Shown: positions 39,253 through 49,950 of the stretch, in pieces | How the letters are laid out: each line of letters begins with the position of its first letter | Numbering within the stretch: position 1 is the first letter of the stretch | Assembly: GCA_022791325.1 (NCBI GenBank) | Contig: JAAVYV010000024.1 | Span: 8,590-72,589, forward strand | Direction: 5' to 3' | From: Clostridia bacterium | Lineage (GTDB): Bacteria > Bacillota > Clostridia > TANB77 > CAG-508 | DNA length: 64,000 bases | Notes under the pieces: generated by a model | What the model was told of the DNA's origin: nothing | The model's database searches: none | Seen by the model: only the letters and a program-made list of their open reading frames with translations | Position numbers and translations under genes: made by a program

Positions 39253-40113
39253 ATGGATAAAAAGAAACAATTACTAAAACCAAAGAATGATATAGTGTTT
39301 CAAAGTTTATTTACACAAAAGAATGAAGAAATAACAAAAAATTTTATTTCAGCATTAATGGAAGAAAAAATAACAAAAATAGAAATAAATACAAAGAAAG
39401 AATTATATAGAGAAAAACCAGAGGATAAATTAGGAATATTAGATTTAGAAGCGGAAATAAATGATAAAGAGAAAGTGGATATAGAAGTACAACTAATTGA
39501 CAGAAAAAATTTAGTAGAAAGAATGTTGTTCTATTTCTCTAAATTGTATGCAAGTACAATAGATAAGGGAGAAGATTATATATCTGCAAAGAAAGTAGTA
39601 ATAATATCAATAATAGATTATGATTTAGACTTAACAAAAGAAATAAAAGAAATGGAAACAATATGGAATATAATAGAAAGGAAAAATAAAAACTTAATGT
39701 TGACAGATAAGTTAGAATTACATATAATTGAGCTAAGGAAAGCAAGAGAAGAATACGAGAAAAATAAATCAAACAAAAAAGCACAATGGATGATGTTCAT
39801 AAATAATCCAAACGAAATGGAGGTGCAAGAAATAATGAAGGAAAATAAAGAAATAGAAGAAGCAGTAGTAATAATAAAAGAAATGACTGAAGACGAAAAA
39901 CTAGAAAGACTTGCATTTTTAAGACAAAAAGCCATAATGGACGAAAAAGCAATATACGCAGCAGGATTAGATAAGGGAGAAATAAAAGGCAGAGAAGCAG
40001 GAATAAAAGAAAATCAAATAGAAGTTGCTAAAAAAATGAAAGAAAAAAATATAGATATAAATATAATAGAAGAAATAACAAAATTAACAAAAGAAGAAAT
40101 TGAAAAATTATAA
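39253..40113 (+). CDS. Rpn/YhgA-like PD-(D/E)xK recombination-promoting nuclease / putative transposase
   Basis: KPKNDIVFQSLF, LGILDLEAEINDKEKVDIEVQ and ERMLFYFSKLY are typical of the Rpn family. Start at ATG 39253 behind AAGGAG. Confidence 0.7.
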   Translation: MDKKKQLLKPKNDIVFQSLFTQKNEEITKNFISALMEEKITKIEINTKKELYREKPEDKLGILDLEAEINDKEKVDIEVQLIDRKNLVERMLFYFSKLYASTIDKGEDYISAKKVVIISIIDYDLDLTKEIKEMETIWNIIERKNKNLMLTDKLELHIIELRKAREEYEKNKSNKKAQWMMFINNPNEMEVQEIMKENKEIEEAVVIIKEMTEDEKLERLAFLRQKAIMDEKAIYAAGLDKGEIKGREAGIKENQIEVAKKMKEKNIDINIIEEITKLTKEEIEKL

Positions 40114-40130
40114 AGTAAAAGGAGATAAAT

Positions 40131-40325
40131 GTGGAATATAACATAGGAGATATAGTAAGAACAAAAAAACAACACCCATGTGGAAGCAAATTATGGGAAA
40201 TAACAAGAGTAGGGGTAGACTTTAAACTAAAATGTTTAGGGTGCTCACATGTAATAATACTAGAAAGGCAAAAGGCACTAAAAATGATAACAAAAAAAAT
40301 AGAAAAACAAGAACGAAAGGATTAG
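40131..40325 (+). CDS. DUF951 family protein
   Basis: YNIGDIVRTKKQHPCGSKLWEITRVGVDFKLKCLGCSHVI. GTG start behind GGAG. Confidence 0.7.
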   Translation: MEYNIGDIVRTKKQHPCGSKLWEITRVGVDFKLKCLGCSHVIILERQKALKMITKKIEKQERKD

Positions 40326-40355
40326 CCTTTCGTTCTTTAAGGTTTTTCTGATAGA

Positions 40356-41054
40356 TTATGCAGTTTCTGTTTTAACCCGGTTAGCCTTTTTGGTAGCTGC
40401 TTTTTCAGCGTGGTACAATCGGTGCATTTCGTTAGGTTTGAGATATTTATTCTTTATAAATGCATCTTTTTCTGTTGCTTCAGGATTTAAACGCCAATAA
40501 TTAGCTTCTTTGTAGCTGGTAAGATCAGTGCAAAGCTTCCAAAATTTAGCTTCCAAGATTTCAGCAGATTTTTTAGCTTTCTTCTTTGCTCTTTCAGAAG
40601 CATGATGTCGGTTCCTTGAAACAGCTTTCCTGCTGATACGAAGTTTTTCGGGATTTACTTCAAATTTAATGTTTTCAGAAGCAATCAGATCATCTAAATC
40701 ATCTTCCACATCCGGATCAGAACCAAATAATTCTTCGCAGGCGCTTGCGTACATCTCATACAGGTCTTCTGCAAGTAAGTCGCCATAAGGATCATAGGCT
40801 AACTCCATATCATCGTAATCCCAGTCATCTTCACACTGAGGATAGTAGCAGTCATCATACTCGTCATCATAGTACTGGTTAGAATCATCTTCGGTATCAC
40901 GTTTATGTTCTTCCAAATACCTTTGCCAATCTCCCTTGTACTCCTTGTACAAAGTTTGCAAATCACGATTTCTTTCTAAACTTTCCTGAAGCTGATCCTG
41001 CCGTGCTTCTTCTTTCAAATACTCATCATAATCTTTCATGCTAAATTTAGACAT
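40356..41054 (-). CDS. highly acidic hypothetical protein on a GC-rich islet
   Basis: 232 aa with a Asp/Glu/Tyr-rich centre (DDEYDDCYYPQCEDDWDYDDMELAYDPYGDLLAEDLYEMY) and a basic C-terminus. G+C is well above the flanks. AGGAGG RBS. Confidence 0.55.
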   Translation of the reverse strand: MSKFSMKDYDEYLKEEARQDQLQESLERNRDLQTLYKEYKGDWQRYLEEHKRDTEDDSNQYYDDEYDDCYYPQCEDDWDYDDMELAYDPYGDLLAEDLYEMYASACEELFGSDPDVEDDLDDLIASENIKFEVNPEKLRISRKAVSRNRHHASERAKKKAKKSAEILEAKFWKLCTDLTSYKEANYWRLNPEATEKDAFIKNKYLKPNEMHRLYHAEKAATKKANRVKTETA

Positions 41055-41117
41055 ACAAAACCTCCTATTGCTCAGCGAATATATATAATCGCGTATCCAA
41101 TAATGTTACATAATGTA

Positions 41118-41146
41118 ATTATACACCAAAAGTTACATAAAGTCAA
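41118..41146 (-). promoter_or_regulatory. sigma-A type promoter for the acidic-protein gene
   Basis: On the minus strand: TTGACT, 17 nt spacer, TATAAT. Confidence 0.5.
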
Positions 41147-41278
41147 TAAAAAAAGAAAGTTTTCATGATTTACTCATGTAAAGTTGTATATGTTGAAAAT
41201 TTAACAAAGTATATGTATAAAAATAACTTTTTTATTGAATAGAAAATATAATAGTATATACACACTATAATACTTTTC

Positions 41279-41863
41279 TTAAAAAATAAATCTTTCAATT
41301 TCTTTCCAAGCTTTATCAGTATAAATTCTTCTCTCAGCTGAAAAAGGTATAAAGGTTAAATCTTTTAATGGGTTTAACTGTTCTTGTAGCTGTTTCACTT
41401 GAGGTTCAACCTTAGTAACAGCAATTTTATCAGCTTTACTTGTAATTATAATACATGGTCTTTCACTATCTATTATATATCTATACATAAGCCTATCATT
41501 TTCAGAGGGATTATGCCTAATATCAATTAGAAATAGAACTAAAGCAATATTTTTACTAGTATTTAGATATTGTTCTATAAAACTACCAACTTTAGCTTGC
41601 TCAACTTTAGACATTTTACTATAGCCATATCCAGGTAAATCCACGAAGTAAAATTTATTATCCATATTATAAAAATTAATTTGTCTAGTTTTGCCAGGTT
41701 CACTACTAGTTCTAGCAAGTTTTTTTCTATTAACCATAGTATTAATAAAAGAAGACTTACCAACATTAGACTTACCAACTAAAACAATTTGTGGCAAATT
41801 ATCATCAGGATATTGAGCTGGTGATACAGCAGATATTTTAAATTCAGGGTTCTTAATTAACAT
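41279..41863 (-). CDS. engB: ribosome biogenesis GTP-binding protein YsxC/EngB
   Basis: GKSNVGKSSFINTM P-loop, DLPGYGY, and TKADK (NKxD-like) motifs. Confidence 0.85.
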   Translation of the reverse strand: MLIKNPEFKISAVSPAQYPDDNLPQIVLVGKSNVGKSSFINTMVNRKKLARTSSEPGKTRQINFYNMDNKFYFVDLPGYGYSKMSKVEQAKVGSFIEQYLNTSKNIALVLFLIDIRHNPSENDRLMYRYIIDSERPCIIITSKADKIAVTKVEPQVKQLQEQLNPLKDLTFIPFSAERRIYTDKAWKEIERFIF

Positions 41864-42163
41864 ATGAAACGTCCTTTCTAAAAATTTATTTATAAATTTT
41901 TTTATCTTCTTAGGAAAGTCATACGCGATAGCGGTGAGTTCCCTTAGAAGATAGTTATGTAAGAATTAGATTTTACTAAAGTATAACTTATTCGTACGTA
42001 TTAAAATGCTACGACTAAGAAATCTTAGCGAAGAATGAGCTTAGAAAATTTTATTCTTGTTTTTTAATTAACTATCCATAGTATAACATATATAATAGAA
42101 ATATGCAAAATATAATTATAAAAATGAAGTATATATACTACCAATATACTTCATTTTTATATA

Positions 42164-42751
42164 CTATTTTTTCTTTAATTTTAATACTTTGCTAATATAA
42201 CAAAAGCCGCAAAGAGATTCATATTCTACATTTTGTGTACCATCAACTACTACACTATTACCAACATTTGTAAATTCACCATTTACTTTTCTAGCACTAA
42301 ATCTTGCTTTTTTGCCACATCTACAAATAGTTGGCATTTCCTCTAAGGCATCTGCTAATTCTAATAGTCGTATACTTCCTTCAAAACCATTAGACTTAAA
42401 ATCTGTTCGTAAGCCAAATGCAATTACAGGAATATTATATAACTTAGTTATATGGAATAATTCATCAACTTGACTTTGAGTTAAGAATTGTGCTTCATCA
42501 ACTAAAATACAATTTGTACAACTTAAACTGCTTTCTATTTTATCAAAAATACTATCAGTTGGTGAAATTAAAGCATCAACATTTCTACTTAAACCTATTC
42601 TAGATACAACTTTTTCATTTCCTTTGGTATCTATTGATGGTTTTATTAGTATTACTTTTTGACCTCTTTCCTCATAATTGTATGCAGTTTGGAGCAAAAT
42701 AGTTGTTTTTCCTGCATTCATTGCGCCATACCTAAAATGTAGTTTTGCCAT
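42164..42751 (-). CDS. tdk: thymidine kinase
   Basis: GAMNAGKTT P-loop, VDEAQF, and C-terminal zinc ribbon CRCGKKA..CGFC. Confidence 0.9.
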   Translation of the reverse strand: MAKLHFRYGAMNAGKTTILLQTAYNYEERGQKVILIKPSIDTKGNEKVVSRIGLSRNVDALISPTDSIFDKIESSLSCTNCILVDEAQFLTQSQVDELFHITKLYNIPVIAFGLRTDFKSNGFEGSIRLLELADALEEMPTICRCGKKARFSARKVNGEFTNVGNSVVVDGTQNVEYESLCGFCYISKVLKLKKK

Positions 42752-42868
42752 AGAATAACCTCCTATAATATAAAATGTAAATTTACATGTTACTGATTAA
42801 AACTTATATAAGAAATTATATATTATGAACAGTGTTAAGTCAATAAAATTATAGAAAGACTAAAAAAA

Positions 42869-42942
42869 TTGTTACTAGTTAATAGTTTTGATATAGTAGC
42901 TTATAAGAAGACTTATGTATCAAAACTATTAACTAGTAACAA
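42869..42942 (-). terminator. 25-bp perfect inverted repeat, probable serS terminator
   Basis: TTGTTACTAGTTAATAGTTTTGATA / TATCAAAACTATTAACTAGTAACAA arms with a 24-nt loop. A T-run follows on the minus strand. Confidence 0.6.
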
Positions 42943-43064
42943 AAACTTCTGCATATTGAAAATATTCAAGTATCATTTTTCAATAAAAATTTGAAACATT
43001 GATTTTTATAAGGCAAAAAATTTTAAAGTGATTTCCATACAATAAAATATAAAAATAATAAATA

Positions 43065-44348
43065 CTATTTTACCTTAATTCTTTCAGTTCCACCCATATA
43101 AGGTCTTAAAACTTCTGGAATAATTACACTTCCATCCTCTTGATAATTATTTTCCAAAATAGCAATTAACATTCTAGGTGGGGCAACTACTGTATTATTT
43201 AATGTATGTGCATAATAGTTTCCCTTTTCACCTTTAATACGGATACCAAGCCTACGTGCTTGTGCATCAGTTAAGTTAGAACAGCTTCCAACTTCAAAGT
43301 ATTTTTTCTGCCTTGGGCTCCAAGCTTCAACATCACAACTTTTAGCCTTTAAGTCTGCTAAGTCACCGCTACAACACTCTAAAGTACGAACAGGAACCCC
43401 CATACTTTCAAATAATTCAACAGTATAGTTCCACATCTTATCATACCATTTCCAGCTATCTTCTGGTTCACAAACAACTATCATTTCTTGTTTTTCAAAT
43501 TGATGTATTCTATAAATACCACGTTCTTCTAAACCATGTGCACCTTTTTCTTTTCTAAAGCATGGAGAATAAGAAGTCATAGTATAAGGCATGTTTTCTT
43601 TATTTAATAATTGACCTTTAAACTTACCAATCATAGAATGTTCAGAAGTACCAATTAGGTATAAATCTTCGCCTTCTATTTTATACATCATAGCATCCAT
43701 TTCTTCAAAGCTCATAACACCAGTTACGACATCAGCTCTTATCATATAAGGTGGAATACAATAAGTAAAGCCTTTATCAATCATAAAATCTCTAGCATAT
43801 GTTAAAACAGCAGAATGAAGACGTGCAACATCTCCCATTAAATAATAAAAACCATTTCCCGCAACTCTACGAGCAGAATCTAAATCAATTCCACCAAGTT
43901 TTTCTAAAATCTCTCCATGAAAAGGAATTTCATAATTTGGAACTGTAGGTTCACCATATTTTTTTATTTCAACATTTTGGCTATCATCTTTACCAATAGG
44001 AACAGAATCGTGAATAATGTTAGGAATTTTCATCATTCTTTCTACAACCCCAGCTTCGTATTCAGCTTCTAGCTTTTCATTTTCAACTAATTCATCATTA
44101 ATTTTCTTTACTTCTAGCTTAATAGCTTCAGCTTCATCTTTTTTACCTTGTTTCATTAAGTTACCAATTTCAGAACTTAATGAATTACGTTTAGAGCGAA
44201 GTTCATCGCCTTTTAACTTAGCCTCTCTATTTTTAGAATCAAGCTCAATAACCTCATCAACTAAAACAAGTTTATGGTCTTGAAATTTCTTTTTGATGTT
44301 TTCTTTAACCACATCTGGGTTTTCTCTTAAAAATTTAATATCAATCAT
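43065..44348 (-). CDS. serS: serine--tRNA ligase
   Basis: N-terminal coiled coil, class II core (TSEHSMIG, YSPCFRKEKGAHG, FEKQEM, HTLNNT). Confidence 0.9.
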   Translation of the reverse strand: MIDIKFLRENPDVVKENIKKKFQDHKLVLVDEVIELDSKNREAKLKGDELRSKRNSLSSEIGNLMKQGKKDEAEAIKLEVKKINDELVENEKLEAEYEAGVVERMMKIPNIIHDSVPIGKDDSQNVEIKKYGEPTVPNYEIPFHGEILEKLGGIDLDSARRVAGNGFYYLMGDVARLHSAVLTYARDFMIDKGFTYCIPPYMIRADVVTGVMSFEEMDAMMYKIEGEDLYLIGTSEHSMIGKFKGQLLNKENMPYTMTSYSPCFRKEKGAHGLEERGIYRIHQFEKQEMIVVCEPEDSWKWYDKMWNYTVELFESMGVPVRTLECCSGDLADLKAKSCDVEAWSPRQKKYFEVGSCSNLTDAQARRLGIRIKGEKGNYYAHTLNNTVVAPPRMLIAILENNYQEDGSVIIPEVLRPYMGGTERIKVK

Positions 44349-44363
44349 AATTTACCTCCTTAA

Positions 44364-44410
44364 TTCCCATTGGGGACGTTTCCTTTTGGGGTATCTGTCC
44401 CTTTTGGGAA
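44364..44410 (-). repeat. REP-like composite unit, same family as 1262-1310
   Basis: The reverse complement reads TTCCCAAAAGGGACAGATACCCCAAAAGGAAACGTCCCCAATGGGAA. It ends directly 5' of the serS RBS. Confidence 0.75.
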
Positions 44411-44415
44411 TACAT

Positions 44416-44480
44416 TCTACGTTGTAGGGGTCGCTACTAAAGGGCGAACCATGTGACGAATCCACTTTTGTTCCTACATT
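44416..44480. repeat. GTAG-headed REP doublet inside the serS leader
   Basis: GTAGGGGTCGCTACTAAAGGGCGAACC on the plus strand and GTAGGAACAAAAGTGGATTCGTCACATGG on the minus strand. Confidence 0.55.
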
Positions 44481-44484
44481 ATAA

Positions 44485-44700
44485 TAAAAAACAAAAGCCC
44501 CTATGCTAAATAAAAGCATAAGGGCGAATATTTTTCGCGGTGCCACCTTAATTTATTTTATAAAATATAAAATAATCTTAAAAATACTTATAACCTAGTA
44601 TAACTCGGTTTCGCTTTTTAAACGAAAAGCAATAAAAGTAGATTCCTAATTTGTTTTAACCTCTCTTCCACCAACCGAAGGCTCTCTTTATAAAACTTAA
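44485..44700 (-). promoter_or_regulatory. T-box riboswitch leader of serS
   Basis: The T-box sequence AATTAAGGTGGCACCGCG is the reverse complement of 44536-44553. It is followed by the terminator GCCCTTATGCT..AGCATAGGGGC plus a T-run. Stem I has an AGAGAG element. Candidate UCU (Ser) specifier at 44640-44642. Confidence 0.75.
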
Positions 44701-44887
44701 AAATTAGTACTAATCTTTTATTATAGCTATTTATTATTAGTAAATAGTTTAACACATAAATAATAAAAATACAACAAAAAACATTGAAAAAATAAATTTT
44801 ATATGGTATTATATGTTATGTAATCATAAAATAAAGTCTATGTTTATAAAATATAAACATACAATAAAATTGCAGGAGGAAAGAACT

Positions 44888-45277
44888 ATGAAAATTTTAA
44901 TAGTTGATGACTATGCAGAAACAAAGTGTTCAGGAATTATAGCGGAATGCAAAAAACGGGGAATAGAATATGAAATTGAAAAAGGAAGAAATTCAGGTCT
45001 TCGGAGAATTATTTGTAAAGAACAAGATATTGATGGAATCATTTTAGATATGGGAATTCCTATTTGGGATGATGAATTTACAGAAGATGAAAGAGAAGGT
45101 GATGATGTATTAAGAGAGTTACATCGGAAGGAATACAATATCCCAGTTTTAATTTTCTCAACTACACAAAGTTACTACAAAGACGAATGTGATTTTGTAG
45201 TAGATCAAATGACAGATTGGAATATACTACAAGAGGAAGAGAAATTCTTTTCATTTTTAGAAAAAATAGAAAAGTAA
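44888..45277 (+). CDS. stand-alone response-regulator receiver (CheY-like) domain protein
   Basis: MKILIVDDY, DGIILDMGIP and IPVLIFSTT. Start at ATG 44888 behind AGGAGG. Contains three in-frame CGG codons. Confidence 0.65.
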   Translation: MKILIVDDYAETKCSGIIAECKKRGIEYEIEKGRNSGLRRIICKEQDIDGIILDMGIPIWDDEFTEDEREGDDVLRELHRKEYNIPVLIFSTTQSYYKDECDFVVDQMTDWNILQEEEKFFSFLEKIEK

Positions 45278-45285
45278 TATAAAAG

Positions 45286-45323
45286 GCTAAAGGATCTTAA
45301 TTTTAGGATCTTTTAGCTTTTTT
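45286..45323 (+). terminator. rho-independent terminator
   Basis: GCTAAAGGATC / GATCTTTTAGC hairpin followed by TTTTTT. Confidence 0.8.
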
Positions 45324-45324
45324 A

Positions 45325-45365
45325 TATACTAGGAAAGTAGTGTATTTTAACTTATACAAATTTTA
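45325..45365 (+). repeat. dispersed module TATACTAGGAAAGTAG..ATTTTAAC
   Basis: Same family as 13218, 49823, 49903 and 60899. Confidence 0.6.
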
Positions 45366-45478
45366 TTATTTGTAATAAATAGGTAGAGAAAATTAAAAAA
45401 AGTTAAAAAATTATTTGTGGAATACTGGACATTCTAATTATAATAAACTTTATTAAGAAAAATTAAGGAGAGAAGTGT

Positions 45479-46231
45479 ATGAGGATAATACGAATAAAAA
45501 AGAAGAATATAATAAAACTTAGTATAGCACTAATATTTTTTATTACAATAACTAAACTAACAACATCATTTGGAATGCAACACTATTATAATGTAGGTTT
45601 TTCAACAGGCTTGGTAACTGCAACTACACTAAACGTGAGAAGTGGGCCAGGAACAAAATATCCAGTAATAGCACAAGTGAAGAAGAATGAATATATACGT
45701 GTATTTGCTGGAATAGGAAATTGGTATGTGGTACAAGTAGAAGGAAACTATGTAGGAGCAGTAAGTAAGGAATATATAAAACCAATATATCCAAATTCAG
45801 GAGGAAGTAGTGGAAGTACAAGTAATATAGGTTCAAATAATGCAAGTCTAACAGCAGATGAACTAGAAGTATTTAACCTAATAAATAAGCAAAGAACAAA
45901 TAACGGATTGTCACCATTAAAAATAGATTCAGAAGTACAAAATGTAGCAAGAGTAAAAGCACAAGATATGGTAGATAATAATTACTTTTCACACAATTCA
46001 CCAACATATGGTTCACCATTTGATATGTTAAAAAGTTATAAAGTCTCATACAAAACAGCAGGAGAAAATATAGCTGGAAATTCAAATAACAAAGAAGCAG
46101 TAAATGCATGGATGAATTCATCAGGGCACAAAGAAAATATATTAAATAGCTCTTTTAACTACACAGGCATAGGTATAGTAAAAGGTTCAAAATATGGAAA
46201 GATATATGTGCAAATGTTTGTAGGAAAGTAA
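45479..46231 (+). CDS. secreted SH3b plus CAP/SCP (YkwD-like) domain protein
   Basis: Signal anchor, SH3_3 segment (LNVRSGPGTKYPVIAQVKKNEYIRV..NWYVV), and CAP domain (SGHKENILNSSFNYTGIG). Confidence 0.75.
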   Translation: MRIIRIKKKNIIKLSIALIFFITITKLTTSFGMQHYYNVGFSTGLVTATTLNVRSGPGTKYPVIAQVKKNEYIRVFAGIGNWYVVQVEGNYVGAVSKEYIKPIYPNSGGSSGSTSNIGSNNASLTADELEVFNLINKQRTNNGLSPLKIDSEVQNVARVKAQDMVDNNYFSHNSPTYGSPFDMLKSYKVSYKTAGENIAGNSNNKEAVNAWMNSSGHKENILNSSFNYTGIGIVKGSKYGKIYVQMFVGK

Positions 46232-46544
46232 AAATATATGTAATACTAAATAATACTCACTTGTAGATAAAAAATATATATTTTAACAATATAGTATGAA
46301 TATAATTAAAACTCATATTGAGTTTGAGATATGTTTAATTAAAGAAATATTAGTATATCAAAACATAGTAAATCAGATATTTAATTATTTACAACATATA
46401 TCATAATAATTAAAAGTTAAAATTGCGATATATGTTGTTATATCTAATAAATCAACATAAAGACGACGAAAACAATTTACAAATACAAATTAAAGTGGTA
46501 TAATAAATAAAGAAATAAAATTTATAATATGGAGGGCACACAGT

Positions 46545-46967
46545 ATGATATCAACACGGTTATTTTTTGCAATTTTAGCAGGAATGGAATTATTAACGGC
46601 GTCAGTAAGGGAAATACCTCAAAAAGAGGCAACGATTGTTGCTGAAGAAGAGTATTGTTGCTTTTGCGATGAGCATGAATTATCCATAAAAGAGAAGTGT
46701 GAAGAACTTTTATGGAAATGTCTAACTGATGAAAAAAATTGGTTAGACGATGGAATTATCTCAAAAGAAGTATATGAACTTCAGGTAGAGCCATTTAATA
46801 AGGCATTAGACTACTTGGAAATTGCTTCAGAGCAAGAAATAAAAGAAATGTATAAGGAACTGTTATTAGCTAACTTAGATTGGCTGGAGGAAGACAAGGC
46901 AAATGGTGCAGATATCGACACAGGATTTTATGATTACATCATAAGTGAGATAAATGCACTTAAATAA
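46545..46967 (+). CDS. hypothetical acidic protein (orphan)
   Basis: 140 aa behind a GGAGGG RBS, with moderately raised G+C. In-frame CGG at codon 5. Confidence 0.45.
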   Translation: MISTRLFFAILAGMELLTASVREIPQKEATIVAEEEYCCFCDEHELSIKEKCEELLWKCLTDEKNWLDDGIISKEVYELQVEPFNKALDYLEIASEQEIKEMYKELLLANLDWLEEDKANGADIDTGFYDYIISEINALK

Positions 46968-47152
46968 AAAAGAGTCCTAAAAATGACAGTTAATATGCAT
47001 GAACTTTGAATATGGAGAAAAGAAACAGTAATCTTCTAATCAGAAAAGGAAAAGGCTTAAGCTACAATTGTAGTAAGTCTTTTTTCTTTTTTGCATAATT
47101 TACAGGACAACCACATATATTATATAAAGAAAAACGAAGGAGAGTGAAAAAA

Positions 47153-49770
47153 ATGTGGCATACTAAAGCGATAAATGAGGTAGAGGTAAACTTTAGGACA
47201 AACGTCCAAATAGGACTTAATGAAAAGGAAGTGGAAGAAAGGCATAAACACTTTGGAGAAAATAAACTGGCGGACACAAAAAAGGAAAGTATATTCATAA
47301 AATTTATAAAACAATTTAACGACTTTATGATTATAATTTTAATAATAGCTTCAATAATATCAGCATTAGTTAGTAAATTAGATGGAAGTGGAGATTACAT
47401 AGACTCAGTCATAATTATTGCCATAGTTATATTAAATGCGGTAATGGGAGTTGTGCAAGAAGCAAAAGCAGAAAAATCATTAGAAGCATTAAAAACGATG
47501 ACAGCGCCAACAGCGAAAGTAAAGAGAAATGGAAAAATAGTTAATATAAAATCAGAAGAAGTTGTTCCAGGAGACATTATAATTTTAGAAGCAGGAAATT
47601 ATGTACCAGCAGATGCAAGGTTAATAAAAAGTTCTAATTTAAAAGTAGAAGAATCAAGCTTAACAGGAGAAACAGTACCAGTACTTAAAGATGAAAATGT
47701 AATTTTAAGAGAGAATGTACCAATAGGAGATATGGTAAATATGGTATTTTCATCATGCATAGTAGTAAATGGGCATGGAGAAGCATTAGTAACTGAAACA
47801 GGGATGAATACAAAGGTAGGAAAAATAGCAGGAATGATATTAAAAGACGAAGCACCCGAAACTCCTATTCAAAAGAAACTAGCAGAAGTAGGGAAAACAT
47901 TAGGAATAGCATGTTTAGCAATTTGTGTAGCTATATTTGTAATAGGAATATTTAAGAAAATCCCACCAGTAGAAATGTTTATGACATCAGTAGGTTTAGC
48001 AGTAGCTGCAATACCAGAGGGATTGCCCGCAATAGTTACTATTGTACTATCAATAGGTGTTACAAAAATGGCAAAGAAAAATAGTATAATAAGAAAATTA
48101 CCAGCAGTAGAAACTTTAGGTGGAGCACGAGTAATATGTTCAGATAAAACAGGAACACTAACACAAAATAAAATGCAAGTAGTAGAAATGTATACATTAG
48201 GAGGCACTGAAAACCTACTATTAGAATATGGCTCAATGTGTACAGATTCACACATAGAAGAAAGTAAAGGAAAAAAACAAGCTATTCGGAGAACCAACAG
48301 AAGTAGCAATAGTAAATGCAGCAATTGCTAGAAATATAAATAAAGAAGAGTTATATAAAATGAAACAAAGGGTAAAAGACATACCATTTGATTCTACAAG
48401 AAAAATGATGACAACAATACATAAAACTAATAATGGTTATATAGGAATAACAAAAGGTGCACCAGATATTCTATTAAAAAAATGTAATAAATACTTTGAT
48501 GGAAATAAAGAAATACCAATATCTATGGATATATTGAAAAAAATTGAAAACAGCAACAATAAAATGGCAGATAAAGCATTAAGAGTAATAGCAGTAACAT
48601 ATAGAACTTCAAATAATATTAAAGAAATAACAGAAGAAGAGCTAACATTTGTAGGTTTAATAGGAATGATAGACCCACCAAGAGAAGGTGTAAAAGAAGC
48701 AGTAGAAACTTGCTTAAAAGCTGGAATAAAAACAGTAATGATAACAGGAGATCATATTACAACCGCAAAAGCAATAGCCAGCCAGCTAGGAATATTAAGA
48801 AAATACGATTTAGCAATAACAGGTGAAGAATTATCAAAAATGCCTCAAAATATATTAGAAAAAGACATAATGAGATATTCAGTATTTGCAAGAGTATCAC
48901 CAGAAGATAAAGTAAGAATAGTAAAGGCATTTCAAAGTACAGGGGCAGTAGTAGCAATGACAGGAGATGGAGTAAATGATAGTCCAGCCCTAAAAATTGC
49001 AGATATAGGTGTAGCAATGGGACAAAACGGAACAGATGTAGCAAAAAATGCAGCAGACATGGTGTTAGCAGATGATAATTTTGTAACAATAGTAGAAGCG
49101 GTAAAACAAGGAAGAAACATATATGATAACATACGAAAAGCGATACACTTCCTAATTTCAACAAACATAGGAGAAATAGTAACAATATTTGTAGGTTTAC
49201 TACTAGGCTTAAAATCTCCATTACTTGCAATACAATTACTATGGATAAACCTAGTAACAGACTCATTACCAGCAATAGCATTAGGATTAGAGCCAGAAGA
49301 TAAAGACATAATGAACAGAAAACCACGAGATAGCAAAAAGGGAATATTTGCAGATGGATTATGGAGCAAAATATTCTTAGAAGGAACAATGCTTGGAATG
49401 TTAACACTATTTGCATTTAGTATAGGAAATAAACTTTATGGAATAGAAGTAGCAAGAACAATGGCATTTGTAGCCTTAGGAATGTTAGAACTTATCCACA
49501 GCTTTAACATAAAAAGTGAAGAATCAATATTCAAAGTTCGGAATATTTGAAAATAAGTATTTAATAGGAGCATTTATATTAGGAACACTAATGCAGATAA
49601 TAGTAGTTGTTGTACCACAAATAGCAGAAATATTTAAACTAGTACCATTAAGTAATACCCAATGGATGTATACAATAATAATTTCTGTAATTCCACTTGT
49701 AATAATGGAAGTACAAAAGAAATTTGAAGAAGTAAAATTTGGAAAAGTAATATATCAAAAAGCACGCTAG
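47153..49770 (+). CDS. calcium-translocating P-type ATPase (PMCA/SERCA-like), split by two +1 shifts at CGG
   Basis: ICSDKTGTLT, TGDHITTA and TGDGVNDSPALK motifs. Segments 47153-48286, 48288-49538 and 49540-49770 join as ..KKQAI-G-EPTEVAIVNAAIARN.. and ..SIFKV-G-IFENKYLIGAF... Confidence 0.85.
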
Positions 49771-49950
49771 GGACGGTCCTTAGCGTTCCGAAATCGGAAC
49801 GCTGGGGACACTCCTTTTGTTATATACTAGGTAAGTACTTTATTTTGTGTTGAAATTATATAAGCGGCTAGGAGCCCATAAAAGAGGTCAGCCTCTTAAC
49901 TGTATACTACGAAAGTAGTCTGTTTTAAGGTAAAGTTGTAGAAATAGTTA
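49771..49950. repeat. cluster of REP-like hairpins and two TATACTA(G/C)G.AAGTA modules
   Basis: GGGACGGTCCTTAGCGTTCCGAAATCGGAACGCTGGGGACACTCC hairpin, modules at 49823 and 49903, and GTAG at about 49935. Confidence 0.55.

Noticed and set aside
44352-44546. 64-aa minus-strand ORF just upstream of serS.
   Set aside because: It lies entirely within the T-box terminator and antiterminator and the inserted REP elements. It is best explained as non-coding leader.
48281-48295. Transcriptional slippage on homopolymer tracts as the rescue mechanism for the frameshifts.
   Set aside because: None of the 12 junctions lies in or next to a long A/T homopolymer. The extra base is always a single C flanked by different nucleotides.
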